A stretch of DNA of 64,000 nucleotides from Callorhinchus milii (GCF_018977255.1 NW_024704742.1:10108001-10172000), one strand, 5' to 3'. Counted from the first letter of the stretch, positions 25,155 to 38,734 are shown. Translations and numbers: made by a program. Notes: generated by a model from the letters alone, not told the origin.

Positions 25155-25506
25155 AACTGATTTCAAGATCCTCTCACTCGTTTTCAAATCCCTAGCACCT
25201 CCCTGCTTACTGACCTGCTTACCACTCAACTCACAACCTGCTGCCTCCACTCGACTGGCTCTGTCCTCTTGTGGCCCTCGTGCTCTATGTTCCACCATTG
25301 GTGGCTGTGCTTTCAGCCACTATGTCCCAAAACTCTGGAACCGTCTTCGTCTATCCCTCCGCCTGGCCCATCTTCAGGTTGCACCTGAAGACCTTCCTAT
25401 TTGAACATTCCTACGGTCACCACCCACCTCCCCCCCAGCTCGGCGTCACTGTCAAGCACTCTGGGATGCTGAGTGAGCGGTGCTGTGTAAATGCAAGTTG
25501 TTGTTC
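25155..25506 (+). mobile_element. L2 3' fragment
   Basis: gatttcaagatcctctcactcg...aaatgcaagttgttgtt. Confidence 0.85.
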
Positions 25507-26869
25507 TTACAATGCAGGGGTTTAAAAGCAGAACCAAGATCAAAATCCAGCCCACACTCAACTTCTGGAACTGGTCAGTGTTTCTTGTTGCTAAGATCTG
25601 ACTTAAGATGTGTTGACTACACAGTTGCTTTCCTGGATGTATTTTGTTTAGGTGTGAAGATGAAATGAATCTTTGTTACATAATATCTATTTCACCCACT
25701 CCGCCCCCACATACTTCTGTCTAAGTCCACATTGGGTGGTTCACTTGGTGATGTGCAGTTGTGTAAGGAAAGAAACCCTTGATGGATCTTCCCTCTGTGC
25801 TACAGAGAAAGGCAAAAAACATGTCCTAGGTGATGTCTTAGTAGTAATGGTCATCTGGTCTAGCTTTCAGACTCATGTGTCCCTACACTTTTGGTGCTAT
25901 ACAACACAAACTAAATTGGTCATGGCTATTTGTGGGACATTGCTACGTGCAAATTGGCTGCCAAGTTTACCCACAAGGTATGCAGTCACTCCACTTTACG
26001 GATCTTTACTCCTGTCAAGCTCTTTAATGCATCCTCCTGACGTGAAAAGCGCAATATGAACTGTAAGGGGGATGGAGGCTGAAGGCTCGACTGACCTACC
26101 TGCTGAGCGGAGAGCGTGGACAGTTTGATATGGGGTTAGCAGGTCACAGAGGTAGGAAGGAGCAAGCCCGTGGAAGGGTTTGAAGGCGAGGACAAGGATT
26201 TTGAACTCTATCCTCTGGGGATGGGGTGCCAGTGGGAGACATCTTGATTAACATTCCATAGTTAATCATAATGGGTGTCATAGGCCATGATGGAAAAGCT
26301 GTCAGGTTTTATTCAACCAGAGGGTCTGTCTGCCAAACAGCATCTCAGGGAATTGGTGAAATAGGGGGATGAGGTTGAATATTGCCCCTTTCCTAGACTG
26401 ACAATGGGTGAATTAAAAGTGTCATCACTAGGCACCAAATAAAAGAAAATCCAGTGGTATGTTTGCCTATTAAAGATTATAATTTACTTTGTTCATAAAC
26501 AAAAAGGTACAACAAAGGTAGTTTCCATATTCAATGATTCTAAGCACATCCACTTGTTCACGAGAATTAATACGTTGATTTATTTTCTGTCGGTAGCATT
26601 TAGGCACGATCCGTCACAGGTGGTAAATTGGGTTTCATGCGGTTATGCTGTTTTATTTGAATGCCTTACTTCGGACAGTAGTTGGGGCAAAATATTAGCT
26701 ATTACTAACTAAATGGATATTCAGAGGGGCAGCACACACATATCAAGGGCTAAATGGCCTTCTTTTGTGCTGTAAGGTTCTATGGGTATAGAATAGAAAT
26801 GATGAATGTGCTCTCTCACACACACAGTTGAAATATGAATTAAAATAAAAAACAATAGTGACAAAACAA

Positions 26870-27160
26870 AATTGATACAGAGCATTATCACATCGTCTCA
26901 AAGCACTTCATTGGATTTTTACCATGCAGTGTAGTGACTATGTATTTGTAGGTTGCCCATGTAGCAATGTCCTACAAACAGCCATGAAGCGAGTGACCAA
27001 TTTTATCTGAAGATTTGTTGGCCAGGACACCAGACAAAACTCTATTCTCTATTTGAATAATGCCATGGGATTATTAACATCCACCTGTGCCAATACAGCA
27101 TTCCCGCAGCACGTCAGCTACGAACTCAAAGGTCCAGATGTGGGACTTAAAACCACAATC
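26870..27160 (-). mobile_element. Decayed Deu-domain SINE
   Basis: tttgaataatgccatgggatt.ttaacatccacctg, homologous to 17020-17060. Confidence 0.7.
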
Positions 27161-27339
27161 AGATGCCTTAACTGATGTTAGAAACCAATCTAACTGATAA
27201 ATCTATCCTTTTCCACTGCCTCTAAAGTTTATAAAGCTGATGGAGGCTATGGAACAGGCCAAGTTCTGCCTCCTCGCTCTGCTGGAGAGAACATTAACGG
27301 GTTAAGTAATCTTTGGGATGAAGAGAAGTAAATTCTCAT

Positions 27340-27572
27340 TTGTTGTTAGTCAATTGATGGATTGCTTTCCCGGGTTAATAATTCCTTCAAAAAATAATAA
27401 TAATAATAAATCGGTCATTTCAATCCATAACTGTTTGTGGGACACTTCTCTACACAATTGACTGCCACAAAAAATACAATCAATTCACTTACAGTATATT
27501 CTGTAAAATGCTATGAGACATCTCAAAGACGTGATAAGGTGCTATATCAAATGCAAGGATTATTATTATATT
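27340..27572 (+). mobile_element. SINE 3' two-thirds
   Basis: Consensus match. Confidence 0.85.
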
Positions 27573-28799
27573 ATTTGCAAGTTGTTGGAAGTCTCGGCAT
27601 TTCTCCCCCTTACCCCTCTTACAACTGATGAGGGAGGTCCTGGAATTGGGGACCCTTTCCTGGCCAAACATCACTCACTCCACTGTAGAGCTTTGTTACA
27701 AAAACACTTCTGAATGCCAGTGTGATGCTATCTAACCCCAGACACTCAGCACTGTGCAATCAGAACTGCCAATTGCCAGAGTGAGACAAACAGCTCTTTG
27801 TGCTTTCTGAGTACATCGATGATCGCACAGTCTGGCTGTGTCAAGTCAATATCAAACACAGCCACATTAACATACATTCTGGATAAACAAGTTGCAAACA
27901 CACCACAGTAGGCTGTGTGTTAAAATACAGCAGATTATAAAGGATGAGAATGACTCGGGGAGGAAATAAGCAGGGGTATCCCGGGACTGAGCTGGCTCCA
28001 AGGTAACATGCTTGGCAAAGGAATGTCGGAATCAAGTCAATCCTCTCTGGCAGTCTTGCTCATCTGGTTTCTGACCCAGGGATATACCAGTAACTGGAAG
28101 CTGGGATTCTTCCCATTTGGCTCCTGTTAACTCTGAAAGTAAAAGCTCTGATGGTGGTCCTAGCTCGCCAAGCAGTGGGAAGGTAGCCAGCAGTGCTCGC
28201 AATGGCAACTATTCTGTTGTAGCTGGTTAAACTCCAGGAGTCCCTCAATACACCCCCTGGGCGGCGGCTAAAGTTTGGCTCTTGCCAACCATAGAAAGGT
28301 CAAAAATTAGCCAGAGTTCAGGATTCCACTGTCAAGTGCGCAGGGACACTGCCCTGCATGAGGGTGCTATATAAATGCAAGTTGTTGTTGTTGAATTACA
28401 GAGCTGAAGAAAAGGGAGGACATGATCCATACATTCAAACGATGAGCAACACAGTGTATATGTAAGCAAATCGTTTGCTTTTAGACAGAGAGATCAGAAG
28501 TAAGAATATAGGTTTAAATTTAAAAAGACTCAAACAAGACTAGGGATTAGCAGATTTGTTTCCTCCAGAGTTGTGGGTATGTGGGACAGAGTCAATGAAC
28601 TCCTCTGTGAAAGTATTGCATATTTTAAAAAAAATTATACATTTTGGACTCTCTGAATTGCTACTTTAATGGAGTACATCTAGTCTGAGGTCAAGTTTTA
28701 TCCATTTGGGGATAGATGCTAATGGAGATGAAAATATGCCATATGGTATACAATGCAACACAATGATTTCAGTTCTTCTGATAGGGAGGGGAGATGTTA

Positions 28800-29470
28800 T
28801 AACAATAATCCTAGCATTTGATATTGTCTCTTATCACATTGTTCAAATGTCTCAAGACACTTGGCATAGATTTAATGTTATGATAATAACATAATAATAA
28901 TCCTTGCATTTGATATAGCACTTTACTGTGTGATTGAGACGCCTCAAAGCGCTTCACAGAATAGATTGTAAACTGAATTGACTTGTATATTTTGTGGTTT
29001 CTGTGAATTTGTAGGGAAACTCAATTTTATCTGGGGAATTGTTGGCCAGGGCAGCAGGAGAAACTCCATTCTCTTTTTTAATAGTGTCATGGGATCGTTA
29101 ACAACCACTGCCCCGTCAATACAATACAAATTTCACATCTGGGGGACATTCCAAGGCACTGGACAGTCAGGGAATTTGGATCCGAGTTGCGGGTTGAGAT
29201 CAGTAGGGGTGGAGGGCAGGGAAGGTAGGGATAGGAGGATGGCCGAAGGTGTGGTTGAAGAGAAGGGTCTTGAGACAAGCCTTGAAGGAGGCAAGGGAGG
29301 CACTGAGGCAGAGGGAATGTGGGATGGATTACCAAAGGGTGGGGGCAGAAACGCTGAAGGCTTGACTGCCAATAGTGGGCGGGCCAGGCGGAGGACGTGG
29401 AGCAGGCCGGAGCCTGCTGAGCAGAGGGAGCGGACAGGTTACATAAGAGGAGGAGGGTCGGGGTGGAAGG
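28800..29470 (-). mobile_element. SINE tails and a Deu-SINE fragment (28800-29110) followed by an L2 3' fragment (29115-29470)
   Basis: aatagtgtcatgggatc Deu motif; gcaggccggagcctgctgagcagagggagc L2 motif. Confidence 0.75.
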
Positions 29471-30019
29471 CCGGAGAGTTTGGGATAAACTAATATTATA
29501 AAAAATGTCCTTGATCACCCATTGGTCCATGGTGTAGAAGGTTATATGTGAAAGATCCAAATAGCCTTTTATCATTTCGGGCCTCATGTTGTTATCTGCT
29601 GCCAGCATTTACTAAGAATTTGAATTCAATTTGCATTCCATGGCTTGCATTGAATAAAAAATGAGCTGAATCCTTTTGATTTTGCACTGGGGAAAACAAG
29701 AAAATTGTGACTGATTAAAAGAACCGTGTTTCCCTCAGTTTTAATCTCATGGCTCAGTGAATGAAGGCTGTGTTACCAGAGAAGCAAGAAGTCGTGAAGG
29801 CCCAATATTGAGATCAACACATCACATCAAAGAGGATGAGGGGGGAAAGGTTATTTTTCTATTTTCATACATGATCTGCATAGCACTGCACAGTATGACA
29901 TAAGGTTAAGACTGAATTATGCTTCCAGCTGCTTGTCTGCTCTACAGATGGACATCAGACTTTGCCTTTTGCACAGGGGCAAAATTGATATAACAATAAT
30001 AATAGTCCCCTGATGTTCT

Positions 30020-31476
30020 GTAAGCCTGCCTCCAGGTCATCCAGAACTCTGCTGCCCGTATTCTTACCCATACCAAACTCCGCTGCACTGCAAACTTCCT
30101 TCAGCTGAACGTTAACAAGACGGAAGCCATACTCTTTGGCTTTTGTCAACGTCTAAAATCTCACGGTTCTCACCTCCTCCACCTACCCAACCTCCCCCTA
30201 AAACTCTCCGAATCCGTACTCAACCTGGGCGCTAAATTCAACCCCCAATTATCCTTCCTCCCCCACATCTGGTCCCTCACCAGCACTGCCTTCTTCCACC
30301 TCCGATGCATTGCCCGACTCCGCCAATACCTCTCTCCGAAAGCCACTGAAACCCTGGTCCATGGCTTTGTCACTTCTCGGCTGGACTATTCTAATGCCCT
30401 CCTCGCCAACCTCCCCTCCACTACCATCCATAAAATCCAGATTATTCAAAACTCTGCCGCCCGCATTCTCACCCGCACCAAACTCCGCTCCCCGATAACC
30501 CCAGTCCACCCCAGTCGATCCCCCAGAGGATCGAATTCAAGATCCTCACCCTCACCTACAAAGCCATTCACGGCCTTGCTCCCTCCTACCTCTCCGACCT
30601 ACTATCCCCTACCTACCTGCCTGTACCCTTCGTTCCTCTGGCTCCGGTCTGCTCCACATCCCCCGCCCCAACCGCCCTACTATCGGTGGCCGGGCCTTCA
30701 GCCTCTCAGCCCCTAGGCTCTGGAACTCTATCCCCAGTGCCTTCGCCGCCTCCTCCCTTTCCTCCTTCAAGGCCGGTCTCAAGACCTTTCTCTTTGACCG
30801 TGCCTTCAGCTCCCCTTTCGACTTGCTACCCCCTCCTCGTTCCCTCCCTTCCCTCCCCTCACCCTGACCATTTCCCCCTGCTCGCTCCCTCCCTTCCCTC
30901 CCCTCACCCTGACCATTTCCCCCTCCTCTCTCCCTCCCTTCCCTCCCCTCACCCTGACCATTCCCCCTGCTCGGGTCCTGACCCAACTGTACAGCGCTTT
31001 GGGACGTCCTCCCGACGTGAAAGGCGCTCAATAAATGGAATCTTGTTGTTGTTGTTGTTGTCCTTGCCAGACTGCATTGGCTGCCTGTCCCAGAGAGGAT
31101 CGACTTCAAGATCGTCACCCTTGTCTTCAAATCCCTCCACTCTTCTGCACCTCCCGACCTCTCTGACCTCCTCTCTCCTCAAAACAGTGCCCGTTGCCTT
31201 CGTTCCTCCGGGTCCAGCCTCCTCCTTGTCCCCCGAGTCCTCTGCTCCATCCTCGGCGGTGGTACCCCGAGGCTCAGGAACTCCCTTCCTCACTCCCTTC
31301 GCCTCGCTCCCTCTCTTCCTATTTTCAGGTCTCTGCTGAAGACCTTTGTTTTCGACAGCGCCTTTGGTCACCTTCCTCCCCCTCACCCTGGCTCAGTCCT
31401 GGGATCCGTTACTGTGAAGCGCTCTGAGACGCCGTCCGGTGTGGAGGGCACTATATAAATCCAAGTTGTTGTTGTT
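30020..31476 (+). mobile_element. L2 (30086-30507 plus 31060-31476) with a second L2 subfamily copy nested inside (30508-31059)
   Basis: NFLQLNVNKTEAIL..GFVTSRLDYSNALL; two different 3' tails; TSD gtcc. Confidence 0.9.
30829..30970 (+). repeat. 45-bp tandem repeat (3 copies) inside an L2 3' UTR
   Basis: accctgacca at 30861, 30906 and 30951. Confidence 0.92.
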
Positions 31477-31479
31477 ATT

Positions 31480-31853
31480 GTAATCCTTGCATTTGATTAG
31501 CGCCTTATCACGTCTTCGAGAGGTCACAAACCGCTTCACAGAATATACTGTAAAATGAATTGACGGTATATTTTGTGGGTGAAATGTGGCAGCCAATTGC
31601 GCACAGCATTACTCTACCTCTATGTAAAGGTCTAGCTTCCTCTTGAATGCATGTACATACTATCAAAATGAATTGAAAAAATAAATTTGGTCACATAATC
31701 CACGACTGCTCGTGGGACACTGCTGTGTGCAATTGGCTGCCTTGTTTCTCCCACAAAACACAATCAATTCACTTTACAATGTATTTTGTGAAGTGCTTTG
31801 AAACATCTCAACAATGTGTTAAGGTGCTATATCAACTGCAAGGATATTATTAT
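31480..31853. mobile_element. Inverted pair of SINE 3' halves (-, 31480-31608; +, 31680-31853)
   Basis: Consensus matches in opposite orientation. Confidence 0.85.
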
Positions 31854-32822
31854 TCCCTCCTGGCAGTGCGTCTCGTGGATGGACTGTCCCTCGGGCAAAG
31901 GCGGCTCAGCCAAGGGTTAACTTCACAATCGAGCAACAACTTTAATACAGCCAAGCCCTGGTCCTGCCCTCATCGGCCATCTACTGATGTTGCCAGGGGC
32001 CAGGGAGAAGTCACAATAACAACAACAAAATTACATTTGTATAGCGCCTTTCACGTTGGGAGGACATCCCAAGGTGCTGGACATTCAGTAACAATCACAT
32101 TGCAAGGACACTGGTCAATTTTCCCTTCCGCGCCTGAGGACATGGATATTGAGACTAATTGTGGAGCCCAAACACTATCCACAAGTTATTTAAGAGAGTA
32201 ATGATTTATTTGTTCCAATGCTGCCCTGATCTCATTTGAATGTGGTTTTAACAAGACAGCGATTTCATTCAGGTTGCTGAAAGGAGCTAAACAAATATAA
32301 TCTGTTGTTGTTGATGATGATTCAGGTCGCCAGAATCTAAAGTCAAGAGAGTTTCCCAGTGTTCTGGCTAACAATCCCCAGGATGAAATTGATCATTTAT
32401 TTTATTTCTGTCTGTGGGACGTTGAGGTGAGTCAATCAATAGCCTAGAAACCCGTAGCCATTTTTAAATTGTTAGGAGACAAAGATGGGACCCAATTTTT
32501 TGAATATAAAAAAAATCCAATATTATCATGTTGAATGGATTACGAAACATTGCCAAAGCCACTCTCACAACAGACATTTGTGTCATGTGGCAATCAGCTC
32601 ACCCGTGACAACAGATCACTACAGAACATCTTGTCACTTCCTTTGGGCAAATCCTGCCGTACACATCATTTGGAAAGAACAGTGTGAGCACCCTGACATA
32701 GAAGAAGCATTGCAGTACACAGCATGTTCCATTGAACGATTTGAAAACTGGAACTTTTTGTTCTGTTCTCCAGCTAAAAGAGCTGATAAGCGTAACAGAA
32801 GTCATGTGGTTCATTATCGTGG

Positions 32823-32931
32823 TCCTTATGTGTGTGTGCACACTCCCCCCTCCTTATGTGTGTGTGCACACTCCACCCCCCCCCCCACACACACACACCC
32901 ACACACGCACACACACACACGCACACACACC
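32823..32931. repeat. 28-bp tandem duplication followed by (CA)n
   Basis: tccttatgtgtgtgtgcacactcc at 32823 and 32851. Confidence 0.85.
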
Positions 32932-33624
32932 ATGGTTTGCAATACTGTTGTTAAGAGCACGGCAAGAGCACAGATGGTGCTTGTCAATTTGAGACTCGGA
33001 GGAAACAGCTTTGAGGTTTGTAAGAGTTACCCGAGCGTTGGCGTGCATCATGGCCGATTAATGACTAACACAAGGAATGGAGGGAGAGGAGAGTCTCCAG
33101 TCAAAAAGGGGGTGCAGCCGATGTATAGCAGAGGGACGGACAGCTGTGGGTGGGCCAACAAAGAAAGCCACTCACTGCTTGACCGATTTCTAATTCCGTG
33201 AAATTGCCAAAGCAGGTTTGTCGGAGAGGAATATTGTTGGACTTATATTTCAGTTCATGATGCAGTGTGTGTGTACAGGCTGTGAAAGCAAACCGCGCCA
33301 ACATCTGTTATGCTTAATAACTATTACAGCAATCAACTGAACAGAATATAAATAGTTATAGTTATTTTAGGAATATGAAGTGCTCCGGTACGCTAACCCG
33401 TGAGAAGGACGCTATATAAATGCAAGTTGTTGTTGTTGTACATCCACATATTGTAAGATCCAGAGCCTTTGCAACGATGGATACATAATAACATCACTTG
33501 ACTTAATGCACAGCATGCAATATTTAATAAGAAACTTGATCCATACATGAAGGGGAAGGGAAAGGGAGATAGGAATAGGACACTGACATGGACTGTTTGG
33601 GCCAAAAGCTTTATTTCTATGACA

Positions 33625-34711
33625 TACCTCAATCCATGACTGTTTGTGGGACACTACTGTGCGCAATTATACAAATATACAAATATCACCCACAAATATA
33701 CAGTCAATTGACTTTACAGTGTTTTCTGTGAAGCGCTTTGAGACATCTTGAAGATGTGATAAGGGCTATATCAAATACAAGTATTATTATTGTTATTATA
33801 TCACTCAATACAGTTACACAAGGTTTTACAGTGGATTCTCAGCAGCTTGCCACTACCTCACTGTTTGTCTTCAGGGTGGCTGTTTCTTGTGGTCCAATTC
33901 CAAAGTAAACAGAGGTACCTTTTGATGTTTCTTCAGATACTCTCAAACACAATGTGATTCATAACCAAGAGACCACACGTTGCACTGAATTTGCACACAA
34001 AGTGAATATAATATATAATAATAATAATAATCCTTACATTTGATATAAGAACATAAGATCATACATAAGAAATGCTAGACGAAAAAAGACCAACGTTCAA
34101 CTAGTTTGTCTTCTACCCTCCTGGCGGTTACATGCACATGTGTCCCGAACTACCTATCTACTATATCCCATAATATTATTTCCTAAAAGATAACTACCTA
34201 ATCCATGTTTGAAAGAATCATCACTTCCTGCATCAACCATCTCCCTAAGGAGTCTGTTCCACAGGTTCACTATTTGCTCACTGACATAGTGTTTCCGCAG
34301 ATTCGTTCTGAATTTCCCCCCTTCAATCGCAGGCCGTGTCCTCTGGTTTTACTATTTTGGACAAGTTGAAACAGCCTATCATGATCTATATTGTCTTGCC
34401 CCTTTAGTAGTGTCCCATAAACAGTCATGGATTGAGTGACCAGATTACAATTTATTTTTAAGGAATTGTTACCCCCCAGAAAAGTGATCTGTCAATTGAC
34501 CAACAACTGGGTTCCTACTTACTGCTAGATAAACAGAGGTGTGTGGAGTAAGGAAACTTATCCAGCATTTCACTCTCCCAGGAATCAAACTCAGGTTTCT
34601 CGCTTGTGATGCGAATGCTCTAACAACAACAACAAGATTACATTTGTATAGCGCCTTTCACATTGGGAGGACGTCCCAAGGCTCTGGAAACCGCTGAACT
34701 ACAGGACTCCA
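33625..34711. mobile_element. SINE 3' half (+, 33625-33800); SINE (-, 34010-34711) interrupted by CR1 (-, 34046-34408) and an L2 tail (-, 34622-34688)
   Basis: Host consensus resumes after each insert; TSD aac for the L2 tail. Confidence 0.85.
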
Positions 34712-35554
34712 TGGACCTAATATTGTGCAGTAGTTAGTTTTACCAACTGATTCCCTCGTCTGAAAAAATTAATCCATTTGCAAGTTATGATCCCTTGTAT
34801 TTCCATGTACAGTATCTGAGGAGCTCCAGTACTGTATGCTGAGAGGGTTTCACATGTTACACTGTGCAATTACACATGTGTATACAATAGGGAACCTGAC
34901 AATAACTTTAATACTAATGGTTCTCAAACCGCTTTCCGCAGCTGGCTGGGCACCCAAGCCATTGGGGGAGAAGGGGCAGGGGGTTGGGGGGAAGGACCTG
35001 AAAAGCGGAAATGTGACTAAAAACATGGTCAAAGGGGGAAGTCTTGAGGCGAGCTTTGAAAGTCAGGGATGGGGAGGAGGGATGGAGTTGGAGGAACTCT
35101 GAGATGGGAGTTTTAGGAAGCAGGGACGGAATGCTGGAAAGCTTGTCTGTCAATAGTGTGCCAAATATATATGGCACTCTTTGAGATGTTTCAAAGGCAT
35201 GAAAAGGCACTCTATCAAATTCAAGGATTATTATTATTATTTGATGGTGGACTTGAAGTAGATCAGTGTTCAACGAGCAAAGGGAGTGGGTTGTAGGATT
35301 GTAGGAAGTCGCAGAGATAGCGCAGGGCGACGCCATGGAGGGATTTGAAAGTTTAGAAAGTCACTTGTCTTATTGAGCCAAGGCTCCTGTCAGCTCCTCC
35401 AATCCTTCAGATTGTTCACTGCTGCCCCCTTGATAAACCAAAGCTGCAAACATTTCTCTTCATTTTCCAGCCATTTCTAAACATCAAAGGAATTAGCAAT
35501 CAAATGCATTTTGTATTTCAAGCCTCAATCCCTCTGCTTTGTCCTCTCCTTGTC

Positions 35555-36110
35555 TACTTGGCTGCCGTGTTTCATCCATGAAATATACAGTCAATTCACT
35601 TTACAGTATATTCTGTGAAGCGCTTTGAGACGTCCTGAAGGTGTAATAATATCAAATGCAAGGATTATTATAATTATTATTATCTTCACCTCTCAGTCAG
35701 AAGGTTGCAGGTTGAAGCACCACATCAGACACTTTGAAGTCATAATTTAGACTCTAATACAGTACTGGGGGAGTGTCGCATTATTCGACTTGACGGCCTA
35801 CAGATAAACATTCAGTCGAAGTTCCGTCTGTGCCTGTTGACAGTATCAGTATCCCATGATACTGTTCGAAAAGAGAAGGCAGTTTCCCAAAGTGTCCTAG
35901 CTAACAATCACCCAGTTAAAATTGGTAATTCAGTTCAGGGCTGTTTGTGGCTCATTGTTTTACACAGATTGGCTGCATCATTCAACAACAACAACTTGCA
36001 TTTAGAGAACATTCTTCATATGGGGTAGCATCTCAGAACCCTTAACAGTGGTGGAGCTTGGCGCTGAGCCAGGGAGATGAGGCAGATGACCGTAGGCACA
36101 GTTAAGAAGA
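35555..36110. mobile_element. SINE tail (+), Deu-SINE body (+, 35686-35985) and L2 tail (-)
   Basis: cacctctcagtcagaaggttgcaggttgaag..cagtactgggggagtgtcgcatt Deu-SINE motifs. Confidence 0.7.
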
Positions 36111-36179
36111 GAGTATAATCGAGATGATGATCGAGATCTCCCTGTGAATATCAATAACTATGTTTACATTCACTATAAG

Positions 36180-36668
36180 GAGTGACTAAGTAAATTGGGC
36201 ATGTTCACACTTGAAAAGAGAAGATTGAGAGGCGACATGATTGCTGTCTATAAGATTCCAAAGGGGCAAGCCAATATAGATCATGACAGGCTGTTTCAAC
36301 TTGTCCAGAATGGTAAAACCAGAAGACACGGCCTGCGATTGAAGGGGGGGAAATTCAGAATGAATCTACCCAAACAACAACAACAACTTGGATTTATATA
36401 GTGCCCTCCACGCCAGACGGCATCTCAGAGCGCTTAAACAATATTTCAGTGAGCGAATAGTGAATCTGTGAAACAGGCTCCCTAGGGAGATGGTTGAAGC
36501 AGGAAATGTCGATTCTTTCAAACACAGATTAGATAGTTTTCTTTTAGGAAATAACATTATGGGATATAGTACACAGGAAGTTTGGGACATTTGTGCATTT
36601 GACCGCCAAGAAAGTGGAAGGTGAACTAGATGGACCTTGATCTTTGTTCCTCTAGAGTTTCTTATGTT
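36180..36668 (+). mobile_element. CR1 3' fragment containing an antisense L2 tail (36372-36435, TSD aaacaa)
   Basis: GMFTLEKRRLRGDMIAVYKI; same subfamily as 34046-34408. Confidence 0.88.
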
Positions 36669-37450
36669 TTACAGTAAACACAGTGAGTCTTTGGCAGCTA
36701 CCCTCCTGCTATTTTAGTCACATTGAAAAAGTAACATAATAATAATAATTTGTACATTTGATAAAGTGCCTTTAACATCAGGAAGATGTCTCACAGCACT
36801 TCACAGGATATACTGTGAAATGTAGTGACTCTATATTTGTAGGCAGATGTAGTGGCTTAGCTTGAAGTGCCCTCACAGCTAAACCATTCAGCTGGCCAAT
36901 CTCTCTTCTGCCTTAAATGGAAGCGCTCGTGTGTTCTGTGGTCTCTACTTTCCGGGATCTGTTACTGTGAAGCGCTCTGAGAATCCGTGCAGCGTGGAGG
37001 GCGCTATATAAATCCAAGGTGTTGTTGTTGTTGTTTCCTTTCTATGACCACACAAAACCATTGGGATGGTTTTGTTCCTAATCCTCGCTGTCTGAAGAAC
37101 AGCAGTGAAAGTAGAAGAAAACAGCAACCTTGACTGAAATAATAATTTGTGGGACAATGCTGTGTGCAATTGGCTGCCGCGTTTCGCCCACAAAATATGC
37201 AGTTAATTCACTTTACAGTGTATTACGTGAAGGGCTTTGAGATGTTCGAACATGTGATAAAGCGCTGTATCAAATGCAAGGATTATTATTATTAATTGCA
37301 ACGGTAAATGACAAGTGACACTCAGTCAGCACCACATGAGGATCACTCATAGTCCAGCTCGAGCCCTTACCAGAGAAATGTACTGCACAGTAGTAAGCCA
37401 TTCCACCCATTATAGGATGTCAGTGTTTCCTTCTTCAAGAAATCACTACA

Positions 37451-38268
37451 ATGGAGTCCTGTAGTGTAGTTAGTCCAAAACTCTGCCATCCCCATTCTTA
37501 CCTGCACCAAACTCTGCTCTCCGATTACCCCAGTCCTTGCCAGACTGCACTGGCTGCCTGTCCCAGAGAGGATCGACTTCAAGATCTTCACTCTTGTCTT
37601 CAAATCCCTCCACTCCCCTGCAGCCCCTACCTTTCTGACCTCCTCTCTCCTCTCCTCTCACAACAGTGCCCATTGCCTTCGCTCCACCGGGTCTGGCCTC
37701 CTCCTTGTCCCCCGAATCCTCCGTGCTTTCAGCCACTATGCCCCAAGGCTCTGGAATTCCCTTCTTCACTCCCTTCGCCTCATCCCCTCTCTTCCTATTT
37801 TCAGGTCTCAGCTGAAGACCTTTCTTTTCGACCGCGCCTTAGGTCACCTTCCCCCCCCTCACCCTGGCTCAGCCCCTGGATCCGTTACTGTGAAGAGACG
37901 CTGTCTGGCATGGAGGGCGCTATATAAATCCAAGTTGTTGTTATTGTAGTGGTTAGAGCATTAGCCTCACAAGCAAGAGGACCTGGGTTTGATTTCCGGG
38001 TTTGGGGGAAACCTTAGGCAAGATTCCTTACTCTACAAACATGCCTCTGTTTACCTAGTGGTAAGTAGCAAGCTGCTTGTTAGTCGATTTGCGGATCGCT
38101 TTCCGAGGGGAATAATCCCTTGAAAAAAATATAATAATTTGGTCACTCAATCCACAACTGTTTGTGGGACACTGCTGTGCGCAATTGGCTGTCACGTTTT
38201 GCCCACAAAATGCACAGTAACTACACTTTACAGTATGTTCTGTGAAGCACTTTAAGACTTTGAAGACA
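37451..38268 (+). mobile_element. tRNA-SINE whose A-box is split by an L2 (37471-37944; TSD tgtagt)
   Basis: tggagtcctgtagtgtagt|L2|tgtagtggttagagc. Confidence 0.88.
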
Positions 38269-38535
38269 CAAAATCAAACCGTGGTCCACTCGCTTGAGAG
38301 GCGAGCGCTCTAACCACTGAGCTACAGGACTCTGCAATCAGTTTTTAACCTAGTCGGCTTCCAGCAGTTTGAAATTGTGTGTGTGGGGGCGAAGAGAACA
38401 ACTCAAAATAAAATTCACCTAAAATTCAGTGATAAAATGTTGCACTAATCTTGCCCAGTTATCTAACACTGTCATTTTTGATCAGGTCTCAAGCAAGAGT
38501 TTGCACCTTGCTGGACAATTCAATTGTGTCATGTA

Positions 38536-38550
38536 CCACTAGGGGGCGCC
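38536..38550 (+). promoter_or_regulatory. CTCF binding motif
   Basis: CCACTAGGGGGCGCC matches the CTCF core consensus and lies in unique sequence between repeats. Confidence 0.7.
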
Positions 38551-38734
38551 AACTGAATGGGTCTCCCAATACAATTCTGAAGAATTGTTGTCAGTTTCAG
38601 CAGTAGGTTTTGTGAATACTTCAGCGATATCGGATAATTTCCACATTGGAAGTGAATATAAAAGGGGGGAGGGAAAAAGCACAATACATTACACAGCACA
38701 AAATAAAAATATATCAAAAGCAACGCAAACTGTC

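Noticed and set aside
32485..33201. 238-aa plus-strand ORF
   Set aside because: Runs through a tandem duplication and (CA)n; no recognisable motif or clear splice signals; opposite to the inferred gene
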